The notes under the pieces: model-generated
Told to the model about the DNA's origin: nothing
The model's input: only the letters and a program-made list of their open reading frames with translations
The model's database searches: none
Shown here: piece after piece, positions 25,817 through 35,900 of the stretch
Position numbering within the stretch: position 1 is the first letter of the stretch
How the letters are laid out: each line of letters opens with the position of its first letter
Virus record (IMG/VR): IMGVR_UViG_3300031578_000158
Coordinates: 1-37,482 of that record
From: a virus
Lineage: Duplodnaviria > Caudoviricetes
Reading direction: 5' to 3' (one strand)
Length of the DNA: 37,482 nucleotides
Translations under genes and position numbers: made by a program

Positions 25817-26320
25817 ATGTCAAGAAACGTCGATAAATATCTCAAGAGAGTCAAGAACAATAACGACAGAGAGAAGTTGCTCAGAGAGTCGATCTTGTTG
25901 TCTGGTTATTTCAATGTTAATGATCTTGAGATTGACGATCATTTGAATTTCTGTATTGATATGACGTTCAATCCAAAATCCACAAGCTATGCAGAAGCGT
26001 TGATCACATCAGACATTGATACTGTAATTGGCAAGATCGTGTGTCAGATTCTTGACATCATGATTGTTTCGTCAAGGCTATTCCCAAAACTCAAGTACAG
26101 GTACGAAGCCTTCAAGGTGGCTGTAAACTACCACTCAGACGCCCCCGGTGAGTCGTGGCAGCTAGGCTTCTGGACACACAGGGATGCAATCTTGAAGATC
26201 AAGTTATCGAGGGAGTTCAAGGAACACGGGATCAAGAACAAAGAGGTTATCACCTCCTGGCTAAAACAGACCAACATGAGTACATACAAAGAACCTGTAG
26301 CACAGGAAATGTTGGCATGA
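25817..26320 (+). CDS. Hypothetical protein
   Basis: GGAGG SD; 167 aa; coupled to the next gene by ATGA. Confidence 0.65.
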   Translation: MSRNVDKYLKRVKNNNDREKLLRESILLSGYFNVNDLEIDDHLNFCIDMTFNPKSTSYAEALITSDIDTVIGKIVCQILDIMIVSSRLFPKLKYRYEAFKVAVNYHSDAPGESWQLGFWTHRDAILKIKLSREFKEHGIKNKEVITSWLKQTNMSTYKEPVAQEMLA

Positions 26321-27438
26321 ATGTAATTTGTATTCTTTATGATTCTCTCAGACAAGATTGTGTACAAAGATGCCCATCTTTTGTGGAACTAAAGTCAAGA
26401 AGCCTGTATGTCTCAGACATTATGGCTGCATCTACTTGGACCAAGACATCCATAGCATCAATTTTCGCGGCAGCATATCCGGTAGAACACGGTGTGTATT
26501 ATGAGAATAGCGTGTTCCCCGATCAGGAGACATGGCTTCATAAGCTCAAATACTCACTGAGTACGAAAACTACTGGTATTAGCTCTAACCCGTGGATCAT
26601 GGAAAAGTTTGGATTCAGCAAGTTATTTGATAATTTCAAGTATGTGAACTGGGATCCTCACAGTCCAACGATTGGTTCAGAGAAATGCTGTGATACAAAA
26701 ATATACAGCATGCTGAAAAAGATGTTCAGTGAGCACACATCTAACAACTTTGTATATACTCATATGATGAGGACGCACCAGCCATATCATGCCAATTCTT
26801 ATTGGGCGGGAGTTCAGGCTTGTGGTCAGCAAGTCCTTGATTTCATTGACTTTATTGACAATGGCCCCAATGCGGACAACACAGTTGTCATGGTCGTGTC
26901 TGACCATGGTGAATCACTAGGTGAGAACGGGTTCAATTTTCATTCAGATAGTGTACAGCACGTAGAGGCGAAGGTTCCCATGTTCCTGTACAGCAAGGGA
27001 TCCGCCCAAAGTATGGGGACAGTGATGGATGAGTTTGTTGGGTCCAATGTTGATATTGGTCCTACCATTCTTGACATCTTTGGCCTGGGCGAAGACGTAT
27101 TAGAGTCCTTTCTTCCTGGTATCAGTGTATTTGACAATCCAGATCCAAATAGAATCAGGATCATTGAGTCACATGCGAGAGGCAAGACGGGCATGGGGAG
27201 GAAAACCGCCATTGTCCAGGGGAATAAAAAGACAGTATTTCACGGCGACAAGCTAGAGTATGTTTGTGACCCACACACAGAAGCCAGGATAAAATCAATA
27301 GGATCAACTAGTGCTATTGCAACTGAGATCTTTATGGGGTATAAGGATCATGAAGTAGATGTTTTCAACTCGCTTCCGCAAGAAGATGTGGACCAGATTA
27401 AAGTTGAAAACAGCATGAAAGAATTAGGATATCTGTAA
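26317..27438 (+). CDS. Sulfatase-like alkaline phosphatase superfamily enzyme (Thr at nucleophile position)
   Basis: YDSLRQD, STWTKTSIASIF..YPVEHG, THQPY, SDHGE, DIGPTILD and C-terminal KELGYL; start at 26317 by ATGA overlap. Confidence 0.85.
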   Translation: MNVICILYDSLRQDCVQRCPSFVELKSRSLYVSDIMAASTWTKTSIASIFAAAYPVEHGVYYENSVFPDQETWLHKLKYSLSTKTTGISSNPWIMEKFGFSKLFDNFKYVNWDPHSPTIGSEKCCDTKIYSMLKKMFSEHTSNNFVYTHMMRTHQPYHANSYWAGVQACGQQVLDFIDFIDNGPNADNTVVMVVSDHGESLGENGFNFHSDSVQHVEAKVPMFLYSKGSAQSMGTVMDEFVGSNVDIGPTILDIFGLGEDVLESFLPGISVFDNPDPNRIRIIESHARGKTGMGRKTAIVQGNKKTVFHGDKLEYVCDPHTEARIKSIGSTSAIATEIFMGYKDHEVDVFNSLPQEDVDQIKVENSMKELGYL

Positions 27439-27470
27439 TTCTCAATGAGGCCGTCAGGTCCGAGGACGCA

Positions 27471-29945
27471 ATGAAAGAAACTACTGTTAGCGTAATTATC
27501 CCCACATATAATCTGATTTCTTGTTTGTCCGACTGTGTTGAATCAGTTAGGGCACTTTCTGATTGCAAGATCCAGCTCATTGTAGTGGACAATGCACCCG
27601 ATGACGAGGGAACAAAGGCATGGTGTGAGTCGTTTGGTGACATTGAATATTACAGGAACACAGTCAATAATTTTCCGTCCGCGATCAATCTTGGGATGGA
27701 ACATGCTGTTGGTGATTACATTGTCTGGCTGAATAATGACACTATCGTTTGTCCTCATTGGGACTCTCGTTTGATTGAAGCCTTCGCAGGGGGAGAGGCC
27801 GCATATCAGATTGAGGTAGGTGCCGTGGGTCCTATTTCAACCACAGTTGGCGGGCCACAAAGAGAAGAGAATCTTGCCTATACAGCAGATGGATATGAGA
27901 AGTTTACAGAGGAAATCTATCAAGCACGCAAGGGTGCATATGAGATGAGTGGATTCCTCACAGGGTTTTGTCTCATGGTCAAGGCATCTGCCGCCAAGAA
28001 AGTAGGGAAGCTAGATGAAGATTTTGGCATTGATGCACACGGTGGTTTTGAGGACAATGATTATATCACCAGACTTATTCATTCTGGCTACACAGCTATT
28101 ATTCATCGAGGGGTATTCATCCATCACCAGATGAGTAGAACATTCCGCAAGTTCTTTCCAGAGGACAAAGTGGGGATGGTTAATAAGTCCAGGTTCTACA
28201 GAAAATGGAAGGAGATCAATAAGCAGCACAATAAGCTAGCTGTTTGCTATCGTGTTCGTATCCCCAATGACAGACACATGGATTACTTTGAGAGATCTCT
28301 TAGTAAGTGTGCATCATTCGCTGATGGTATCGCAATCTTCAACGATCACTCTACTGTAGATAATTTTCACGACAAGGTGAAAGCTGCATGTGGTCCGTGT
28401 GAAGTTGTGATCCACGACAAAGAAGGTGATCTATTCAATGAACGTGATGATAGGAATCAGAACATTGATTTGGCTAAGTCTGCGTTCAATCCTGATTGGT
28501 TGATTACCCTGGATCATGATGAGATTTTCGAGGATGCCGTAACCCGTCAGTCCTTGGAGAAGCTCATGAACTTCCCTGATCCTGTCATTAAGTCTTATGG
28601 ATTTCATTTCTGTACTTTCCATAATGATGAAAATAAGTTCCGTAAAGATGGTACTATGGGGAACATGGCTGGGTACAGGATGTGGAGGAACGTACCAGGC
28701 AGGAAGATCATTCGTGGGAACAAGATTGGCTTGCACTGCGGCAATCATCCTGAATTCTCTAACCTTGAGAGATCATTCACTAATTTCAGAATCAAGCACT
28801 TGGGATACGTTGACAAGGTACAGGACAGAGAGAGGAAGAAAGATTACTACAATAGTCTTGACACAGACAAGAAGGTCAATCTGATTGGCGCTGACAATTA
28901 TGACCATGTGGCAGATGAGAGCACTCTGAGATTGTACACCTACAAAGAGAACAACGGCGCTGCGCTTGTCCTGATGGTAAAGAACGAGGAGGACTATATT
29001 TCTGAGCTGCTAAATCGGCACGGCGCCATGTTCCCAGAGATCATTGTTGTTGATACTGGATCCACCGATCACACTGTTGAACTTTGTAAGTATTTCACAG
29101 ACAAAGTATATCTATTCAACAAAGAGACCAGGCCGCAGTATTTTGACGAAGATGGAACATTGATGGACCTCTCTGCCCCCAGGAATTTCGGATTAGATCA
29201 GGTCACAGAGGAATGGGCCGTAATTCTTGATGCAGATGAATATATCCATAACCCATTGGTAGTTCGTCACATGATGGATGAGAACACAATTGATGCCTAT
29301 CAGCACCAGATTAAGAACCTCCAGAGGAACGGTCACTATACCATCTCAGAGTCCATCAGGACCGTCAGGATGAGTTCCAAGCTGCGTTGGACGGGTAGGG
29401 TACACGAGACAATCGACAAGAAGACAAGCCCCAATTCTGTTGTCACCATCCCCCATGGGCTTGATCATATTCATACTGGATTCCTCAAGTCACAAGAGAA
29501 GGTCCATGCCAAACTTGAACATTACTCAAAGTTGCTACGGGCCGACCTACAGGACAACGCAAACAATGCCAAGGCTCACTACGCCATAGGCGCACACTTC
29601 ATGAACAAAGATAGATGGATTGAGTGTGAGGCTGCGTTCACAATTGCCTGCAATCTAGAGAAGACTTTTTACCCACCTCGTAGGGATCTTTGTTATTACT
29701 ACATGAGGAAGGGCGCGACACTAATGCAGCAGACACTTGAGTTCCTCCCACAAGACCATACGTTCCGCCCACATGCACAGAAAGTTCTAGATTTTGTTAG
29801 AGAGAACTGTGGTGTGTTAAAGGTTGGGAATCCTGATTTGAGCGACAATACGGATGTTTTGGAATACCACAAGATTATGAACAAAATGTTTGCTGATGAC
29901 AACTACAAGGATATTGTGAAATCTACAGGATTGACAGACCTGTAA
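27471..29945 (+). CDS. Multidomain glycosyltransferase: three GT-A/GT2 domains plus TPR
   Basis: VSVIIPTYN..LNND..FEDND; FNDHST..WLITLDHDE; MVKNEE..VVDTGSTD..RNFGL..LDADE..VHE; TPR-like AHYAIG helices. Confidence 0.9.
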   Translation: MKETTVSVIIPTYNLISCLSDCVESVRALSDCKIQLIVVDNAPDDEGTKAWCESFGDIEYYRNTVNNFPSAINLGMEHAVGDYIVWLNNDTIVCPHWDSRLIEAFAGGEAAYQIEVGAVGPISTTVGGPQREENLAYTADGYEKFTEEIYQARKGAYEMSGFLTGFCLMVKASAAKKVGKLDEDFGIDAHGGFEDNDYITRLIHSGYTAIIHRGVFIHHQMSRTFRKFFPEDKVGMVNKSRFYRKWKEINKQHNKLAVCYRVRIPNDRHMDYFERSLSKCASFADGIAIFNDHSTVDNFHDKVKAACGPCEVVIHDKEGDLFNERDDRNQNIDLAKSAFNPDWLITLDHDEIFEDAVTRQSLEKLMNFPDPVIKSYGFHFCTFHNDENKFRKDGTMGNMAGYRMWRNVPGRKIIRGNKIGLHCGNHPEFSNLERSFTNFRIKHLGYVDKVQDRERKKDYYNSLDTDKKVNLIGADNYDHVADESTLRLYTYKENNGAALVLMVKNEEDYISELLNRHGAMFPEIIVVDTGSTDHTVELCKYFTDKVYLFNKETRPQYFDEDGTLMDLSAPRNFGLDQVTEEWAVILDADEYIHNPLVVRHMMDENTIDAYQHQIKNLQRNGHYTISESIRTVRMSSKLRWTGRVHETIDKKTSPNSVVTIPHGLDHIHTGFLKSQEKVHAKLEHYSKLLRADLQDNANNAKAHYAIGAHFMNKDRWIECEAAFTIACNLEKTFYPPRRDLCYYYMRKGATLMQQTLEFLPQDHTFRPHAQKVLDFVRENCGVLKVGNPDLSDNTDVLEYHKIMNKMFADDNYKDIVKSTGLTDL

Positions 29946-29959
29946 GGATAATGTAGAGT
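29931..29959 (+). promoter_or_regulatory. Sigma70-type promoter, probably giving a leaderless mRNA
   Basis: TTGACA-17 bp-TAGAGT; ATG 29966 follows after 6 intervening nt with no SD. Confidence 0.6.
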
Positions 29960-29965
29960 TTAATC

Positions 29966-30703
29966 ATGGCAGATATATTTGGATTCAGCAATGTTAAGGG
30001 GACAAGCAATAAGAACATTATTACTGCCGGTGACAGTAATTCGGTAATGCAGATACAGGTAGACTTTAGCGAGATTACACAGCTCTTTGCTATCTATAAT
30101 GAGAATGGAACAATTGCCAGAGGAGCCAGGGCGGCAATTAATCGAGCATTCAAAAAGATGGCAACCACTACACGTACAAGATTGAAGGCAAATACCAACA
30201 AGAATAAGTTTGACAACAGGAGAAGTGGACGAAATCTTACATTTAGGCGCAAGGTGATTGTCCCCTATGCAGCAAGGACCGCCAAGGATAGGTCTCACAT
30301 TACCAGCGGGAATCCACAACTGATAAATAGATTCAATAGTGACATGACTAAGGGCGTTGATATCACCCAACCAACCGATCCAGACAAGAACAAGATTACG
30401 GTTCAGATTGGATGGGATCCAAAAGCGACGAGAGTGGGGAATAATCGAGTAGATCTTCGCCATATCCCGGGGGTCATTACCGGTAAACGATTCTCTGTTC
30501 CTCGTGACGTATTGACTCTTACTTTGAACGAGGTTGAAAAGAACTTTGATGATATACTCAACAAAGAGATGAATAATTTTATTAGTTCAGATTCGATCAG
30601 CCCATTCTCTGCCACAGGCAAGGGGGCCTCTTTGTCTGTTGGCCTCAATGATCTTGGATTCCAGGCAGCCCAGGGAATTGGTGACTTTATTTCGGGTGTG
30701 TAA
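29966..30703 (+). CDS. Probable neck/tail-completion protein
   Basis: Basic ARAAINRAF..TRTRLK helix and position before the tail terminator. Confidence 0.5.
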   Translation: MADIFGFSNVKGTSNKNIITAGDSNSVMQIQVDFSEITQLFAIYNENGTIARGARAAINRAFKKMATTTRTRLKANTNKNKFDNRRSGRNLTFRRKVIVPYAARTAKDRSHITSGNPQLINRFNSDMTKGVDITQPTDPDKNKITVQIGWDPKATRVGNNRVDLRHIPGVITGKRFSVPRDVLTLTLNEVEKNFDDILNKEMNNFISSDSISPFSATGKGASLSVGLNDLGFQAAQGIGDFISGV

Positions 30704-30705
30704 TT

Positions 30706-31116
30706 ATGGATAGAGTATTTGATGTAGTCACGACTTCCTTGATGAACGATACATCTGTTACGGATATCGTTGGCTCTAGGATCAGCATGGGACATATTGC
30801 AACATTGTCTGAACCTCAGTTCCCATTGGTCACACTTGAGTTTGAGGTACGCGGTGATGTGTTGGTCCCTGGTGCCGTGGTCAGGCCACCCATCCAGATT
30901 TCGTCCTGGTCCCTCCGCAGCTTTACGGAAGCGGCAAAGATACTGAGACTGATTGAGAAGAACTTTATTGACAATATGCCCATCCAGAATGATGACTTGA
31001 ACATTACTCTGTCGGTATTGGGCACACCCACATTCGCTGCATTTTCGGAGGGCGAGAGCGAACCTAGATCATACAGTGGTATCCAGTCTTATGACTTGAG
31101 TGTTTGTTTCAAGTAA
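30706..31116 (+). CDS. Probable tail terminator (DUF3168-like)
   Basis: LMND..VTDIVGSRI, FPLVT and IQISSWS..EA..I pattern. Confidence 0.7.
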   Translation: MDRVFDVVTTSLMNDTSVTDIVGSRISMGHIATLSEPQFPLVTLEFEVRGDVLVPGAVVRPPIQISSWSLRSFTEAAKILRLIEKNFIDNMPIQNDDLNITLSVLGTPTFAAFSEGESEPRSYSGIQSYDLSVCFK

Positions 31117-31127
31117 GAGAGGACTTT

Positions 31128-31502
31128 ATGTCTGAGAACAGTAGCAAGAACAATAGAGGCAAACCCAGGCAAGAAGAGATTGCCAGTATGCCATTTGACA
31201 AGCGATGGGAGTGTACTAGGTGCAGTAAACTTCTTGCGTTTGTTGGGTCTGAGGATGAGAATTATCTTAGGATCAAGTACAAGGATCTTTATGTCCACAC
31301 CTACAAGCCTCACCATATTGGGGTGAACTGTGTGCAATGTGGGCATTATAACGAGATTTCTCAAGAGAATTTTGGGGAGAGATATTCTTTCGACATTAAA
31401 GATGATGGTGTCCATTTCTTTGATTCCAAGTGTGAATTTGACAAGCAGGTCTTCACCCAGGAAAACATTGATGATTTTTATATCTTGCTTCAACAGCTAT
31501 AA
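31128..31502 (+). CDS. Com-like zinc-ribbon protein
   Basis: WECTRCSKLLA...VNCVQCGHYNEI matches the Mu Com-type pattern; GAGG SD before ATG 31128. Confidence 0.6.
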   Translation: MSENSSKNNRGKPRQEEIASMPFDKRWECTRCSKLLAFVGSEDENYLRIKYKDLYVHTYKPHHIGVNCVQCGHYNEISQENFGERYSFDIKDDGVHFFDSKCEFDKQVFTQENIDDFYILLQQL

Positions 31503-31513
31503 GATGCTATATT
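31485..31513 (+). promoter_or_regulatory. Possible promoter for the tail tube operon
   Basis: TTGCTT-17 bp-TATATT with TGn extension. Confidence 0.55.
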
Positions 31514-31548
31514 ATTTCTGATTGTGCTTACTTTAAGGGGGTGATTTC

Positions 31549-32079
31549 TTGGCACTTAATGTTCCTAGTGGAAATGTAAAAAATGTTTCCTTCGGTCCTG
31601 GCGTTCTGTTTATTGGCGCTCCTGGTTCTACGCCTACTACAGACGTTGGGTATGTTCGTGGGTCGCAGCTTTCGTTTGCCCGAACTCCTCTTGATCTGAA
31701 TCAGGGTATGCCTGATACGCTTATCAAGCGCTGGATTACGGCTGAACAGGCTACTCTTACCTTTACTGGTCTTGAGTTGACTCTTGCTAACCTCAAAGAC
31801 GCCCTTGGCGCTGGCGAGATTAGTGGAACTAACCTTGGACTCGGTGGAGATCTGAATACTGAGGAAAGAGCGGTTATGCTTCGGCATAGCACTCAGGCAG
31901 GTTATACTATTTTCGTAGACTTCTACTTTGCCACTCGCGAGGGTGACTTTAGTATGTCTTTCGAGAATGACTTCCTTGAGCTTCCTTTTGGCTTCCGGGC
32001 GCTGGAGACAGCAACCGATTGGGCCGGGGCTGCGCTTTCTGAGCAACAGAGGCTGTTCCGCATTCGTCGTTTGGTCTAA
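31549..32079 (+). CDS. Major tail (tube) protein
   Basis: NVSFGPGVLFIG..DVGYVRG..LELTLANLK.ALG; position before the chaperone and TMP. Confidence 0.8.
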   Translation: MALNVPSGNVKNVSFGPGVLFIGAPGSTPTTDVGYVRGSQLSFARTPLDLNQGMPDTLIKRWITAEQATLTFTGLELTLANLKDALGAGEISGTNLGLGGDLNTEERAVMLRHSTQAGYTIFVDFYFATREGDFSMSFENDFLELPFGFRALETATDWAGAALSEQQRLFRIRRLV

Positions 32080-32110
32080 TTTCTATTCACTCTGAGGAGG
32101 GATAACTCCC

Positions 32111-32569
32111 GTGGATAACACTATCGTCACAGAAGAAGATGTCGTTAAAGATAACCCTCTTGCCAAGGAGCAGGAGATTTATTTTAGTATTCCTGAAACC
32201 ATCAAGACAATTGATGGCGACCCCAAGAAGGTCAAATATCCTATCTCTTGGAGGAAACAAGAGAACATTGTAAAGATCTTTGCTAGTGCGGTTCAGAAGA
32301 ACCCATTCCCTAGCAACATGACAAACATTGGTGAGGTTGTAAACTTTGCCGTCAAAACCCTTGGAGATGTCAGTGGCGACGTTACTGCCATTTGCGCCAT
32401 TATCCTTGACGAGTCTGAGGATTGGGTAATGGACAAGCTGGAGTTCGAGACAGTGATGGAGGTAGTCGTCCCTTTTGTCGTAAAAATATTCTCGACCGTG
32501 AACAAGACAGTTCTGAGCGGGACGAAGCAGAAGACAGGATCAAAGCTAGTGAACGCCATGCGCAAGTAA
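32111..32569 (+). CDS. Tail assembly chaperone (G-like)
   Basis: Lies between tube and TMP; AGGAGG SD; in-frame slippery heptamer C CCT TTT at 32470-32476. Confidence 0.75.
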   Translation: MDNTIVTEEDVVKDNPLAKEQEIYFSIPETIKTIDGDPKKVKYPISWRKQENIVKIFASAVQKNPFPSNMTNIGEVVNFAVKTLGDVSGDVTAICAIILDESEDWVMDKLEFETVMEVVVPFVVKIFSTVNKTVLSGTKQKTGSKLVNAMRK

Positions 32570-32922
32570 GTCAATATGCTATCACTAGATTTATTCACAC
32601 TTTCATGTATAATTACAAGGGGTGGACTGTAGATACTGTACTGGACACACCCAAGGAGGTTTTGGATAGATTGTATATTTCCATTGCTAGATCGAACTTT
32701 GAAGAATCGTATGAACGGGCCTCTATGGCAGGTGCCAAGCAGGACTCCCTTAGTAATATGAGAAGGAAGTTTGATAATGCCATCTATAAATTGGAGGGCA
32801 AATCCGGGGATCAGGTAGAATCACAGATTGACCCAATGAAGCAGATTGATCAAATGAATGCACAAATGGCAATGCTTGGAGGAGGACAATTTATTCCCGT
32901 AGTGGATGTTAAATCTGAATAG
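32470..32922 (+). CDS. Tail assembly chaperone -1 frameshift extension (GT-like)
   Basis: The -1 frame is open from the slippery site to 32922; FMYNYKGWTVDTVLDTP is typical of T segments. Confidence 0.7.
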   Translation, partial: PFCRKNILDREQDSSERDEAEDRIKASERHAQVSQYAITRFIHTFMYNYKGWTVDTVLDTPKEVLDRLYISIARSNFEESYERASMAGAKQDSLSNMRRKFDNAIYKLEGKSGDQVESQIDPMKQIDQMNAQMAMLGGGQFIPVVDVKSE

Positions 32923-32934
32923 GGGATGAGTTAA

Positions 32935-35900
32935 GTGCCAGGACTTAGAGAATTTGCAATTACGCTGACTGCCGATGTCGGCGGGATGGTTCGCGGGATC
33001 AAGAGGGGGACTGAGGCATTTGATGCCTTTGGCTTTGAAACTCGCCTTGTTTTAAGGACCATCGGGACAGCAATTACGGCTCTTGGCGCTGGTATCTCTA
33101 CATTTGTTGCATTTGGTGTTAATGAGTTTAAGAAGTTCGAGAAAGAACTCAATAACTTTACTACTCTTCTTTTTGACGATGCCTCTACAGCAACAAATGA
33201 GATTACTCAACTAACAGAAGAGTACACAAAAGCAATTCTCGATCTTTCTGTCGCATCTGGAAAGACTGCCGTAGACCTCGCAAGAGGTTTGTATGATGTT
33301 ATTTCTGCTGGTTCACAAAGCATTACAGATTCGTCACAAGCAATTGAAGTTCTTACGGTTGCCACACAGTTGTCGGTTGCTGGTCTTTCTAGTGTAGAAA
33401 CTGCCGCAGATGGTGTAACCACAATCATGAATGCCTACGCTACCTCTAATGTTAGCGCAGCGGAGGCAGCGGATTTCCTGTCAAATACGGTAATTCGTGG
33501 AAAGACACGCCTGGACGAATTGAATGGGAGTATGGGTCGCCTAGCGCCTCTCGCATCACAGGTCGGTATTTCCCTCAGAGACCTTTCTATTATTTTAGCC
33601 CAGACAACTCGCTCGGGACTCAAGACAGACGAAGCTATCACTTCAATCCGTGGCATTATGCGCTCCTTTATTAAGCCAACGGCTCAAGTTAGAGAAGCAG
33701 CAAAACTTCTAGCCATACAGTTGGACGATAGTTCATTTTCCATTGACGTTAATGCCATTAGAACAAAGGGCCTTGTTGGCATTCTTGGTCAGTTGGCTAC
33801 TCGGTATCGTAGTCTTACGGGCAAGGACCAGGCTGATTTTGTTAATCAGTTGGGTGAGATTTTCCCTCGTATCCGTGGTCTTTCTGGAGGTATCGCATCT
33901 CTTACTCAGTTTCTTACTGGTTTTGGTACTGAGCTTGAGCTTGATATTGAGGCCGCAGAAAGAACCGGTACTGCGCTCAAGCAGTTTGAGGACCAGACAG
34001 ATACACTTGCCTTTGCTACGGATAGACTAAGTAGCTCCATTGCCGCTCTTGCTATTCAATCTGTAGATGGCGCCCTTACTCCAGCTCTCAAGCTTATTAC
34101 AAATTCATTCACATTTCTCCTTGAGGTTCTGAGAGACATCCCTATTTTGGGAGACTTGATTGCTTTGTTTGCTGGCATTATTGGCCCCATTGTTACAGCA
34201 ACTGGTGCTATTATCCTTTTTGCTGCCGAAATAGCAATCTTGGATAAGTTTATTCTCCCACTTTTTATTGCACAGATGACAAGGATGGGGATTTCTGTTG
34301 GATTGCTCACTCTCGCCACCAATGCTTCCACCTTGGCGCTCAGTCTTTTTGCCGGGGCAGTGAAGACTGGCATCCTTCGTCTCTTTGGGACGCTCCCCAC
34401 ATTCGCGGCCTTTGCTGCTGCTGCGTTCCTTGGCGTAAAGGCCCTCGGCGCCTTGTTGGATGTATTTGTTGAGTCGAAGGACGTTCTCACCGAAGAAGAG
34501 AAGTCTGTTATTTCGATTTCAGAAAATATCAGAGACAATGTCCAGAGGATCAAGGACTTAGAGGAGGCGAAGAAATCGGCCCTGCTTTCATCCGAAGAGA
34601 AGATAAACCTTGATACTAGAATTAAAAATCTAACCGAAGGAATAACAAAGGCTCAGTTGGATCTAAACGAGGCAATTGAGGCGACTCCGGCAGCCAAAGC
34701 CAAACAGCTATTTGAGGATCTTACTGAGACTTTTAATCTAATTAACAATCTTGGAGAAACCAAAGGCGATGGGTTCTTCGCCCAACTAAAAGATGCCTTT
34801 ACTGGCTTCCCCGAACAGCTCAAAGGTTTGTTTGAGCTATTCAAGATTTCTGGAGTTACGCTTGACGTGACCGAGGCTCTTGCAAAGGTTGAGGCAGACA
34901 GAGCCGCTGCTAGAAAGAAATTCAATGAACTGGAAGCTATTGCGTTTGTTGAGTCCGCAACCTTTAGAGAGGAGGAACTTGAAGACATAACAAACGCCCT
35001 GAGACTTGATGCTGAAAAACTTGAGGCACAGAAAGACGCGCTAGGTGCATCCGATCTAAGACTTGAGGCTCTTAACAAAGAAATTGATTTGGCTAAGGCT
35101 CTTGCGAAGGATAAGAAGAAGTCAGAATTTGATCTTGCAAAGCTCGAACAGGATAGGGCAAAGGAGGAAACCAAACGAGCTGAGATAGTACGCAAACTAA
35201 ATTCTGAGATTGCTCAATCCAATGCCGCCATTCTTGCATCAAAGGCAGAGGAGTTTGCGATCAATGTTGGCATCCTCCAGCAGCAGGCAGAGAAGACACT
35301 CTCGCTTGAGGATGACCGGATTGCCCAAATTGGTTTGGTTCTTTCTATCGATGCCGAGATTGATGCGAGAGAGGCCGCGCTTGTTGCTCTTAGGGCATCT
35401 GTTAAGGAAGAGAGGGCGCTTGCCCAAGACGCAAAACTAACAGAACAGGCGACACAGGCTAGAGTTGGCGCCATCCAGGCAAATATTAATAAATCAAAAG
35501 CAGAAATCGAAGCCCTAAAAGAGAAGAAGAGACTAGAACTAGAAACACTAGAGATTCTGAGGGATAGAAACAGAGAGCTAGAGCTTTCCAGAGAAAAACG
35601 CCTTGCAGAGATCGATGTTGACAGGATCAGGTTAGATATTGCCTCTAAGATTACAGGCGTAGAGGAAGAACAAAAACAAATTGAGATTGAGTTAACAAAA
35701 CTAGTTGCCGAAGAGTTACGACTCAGGAATGATCTTCTGGATTCAGAGTTTACTGACGTAAAAGGGAACGAAGTAAAGACCAGAGAACTACAGTTCCAAA
35801 GAGATGCTCTTATCGCACAAGCAGAAGCAGCCGATAAGTTAGTTGGACTCCTTACTCGATCTTCTTTCCAGCGTGGGTTGCAGAACATCTCTGATGCGAT

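Noticed and set aside
26155-26316. N-terminal extension of the sulfatase-like ORF
   Set aside because: It overlaps the upstream gene, and the family's first beta strand begins at Met 26317.
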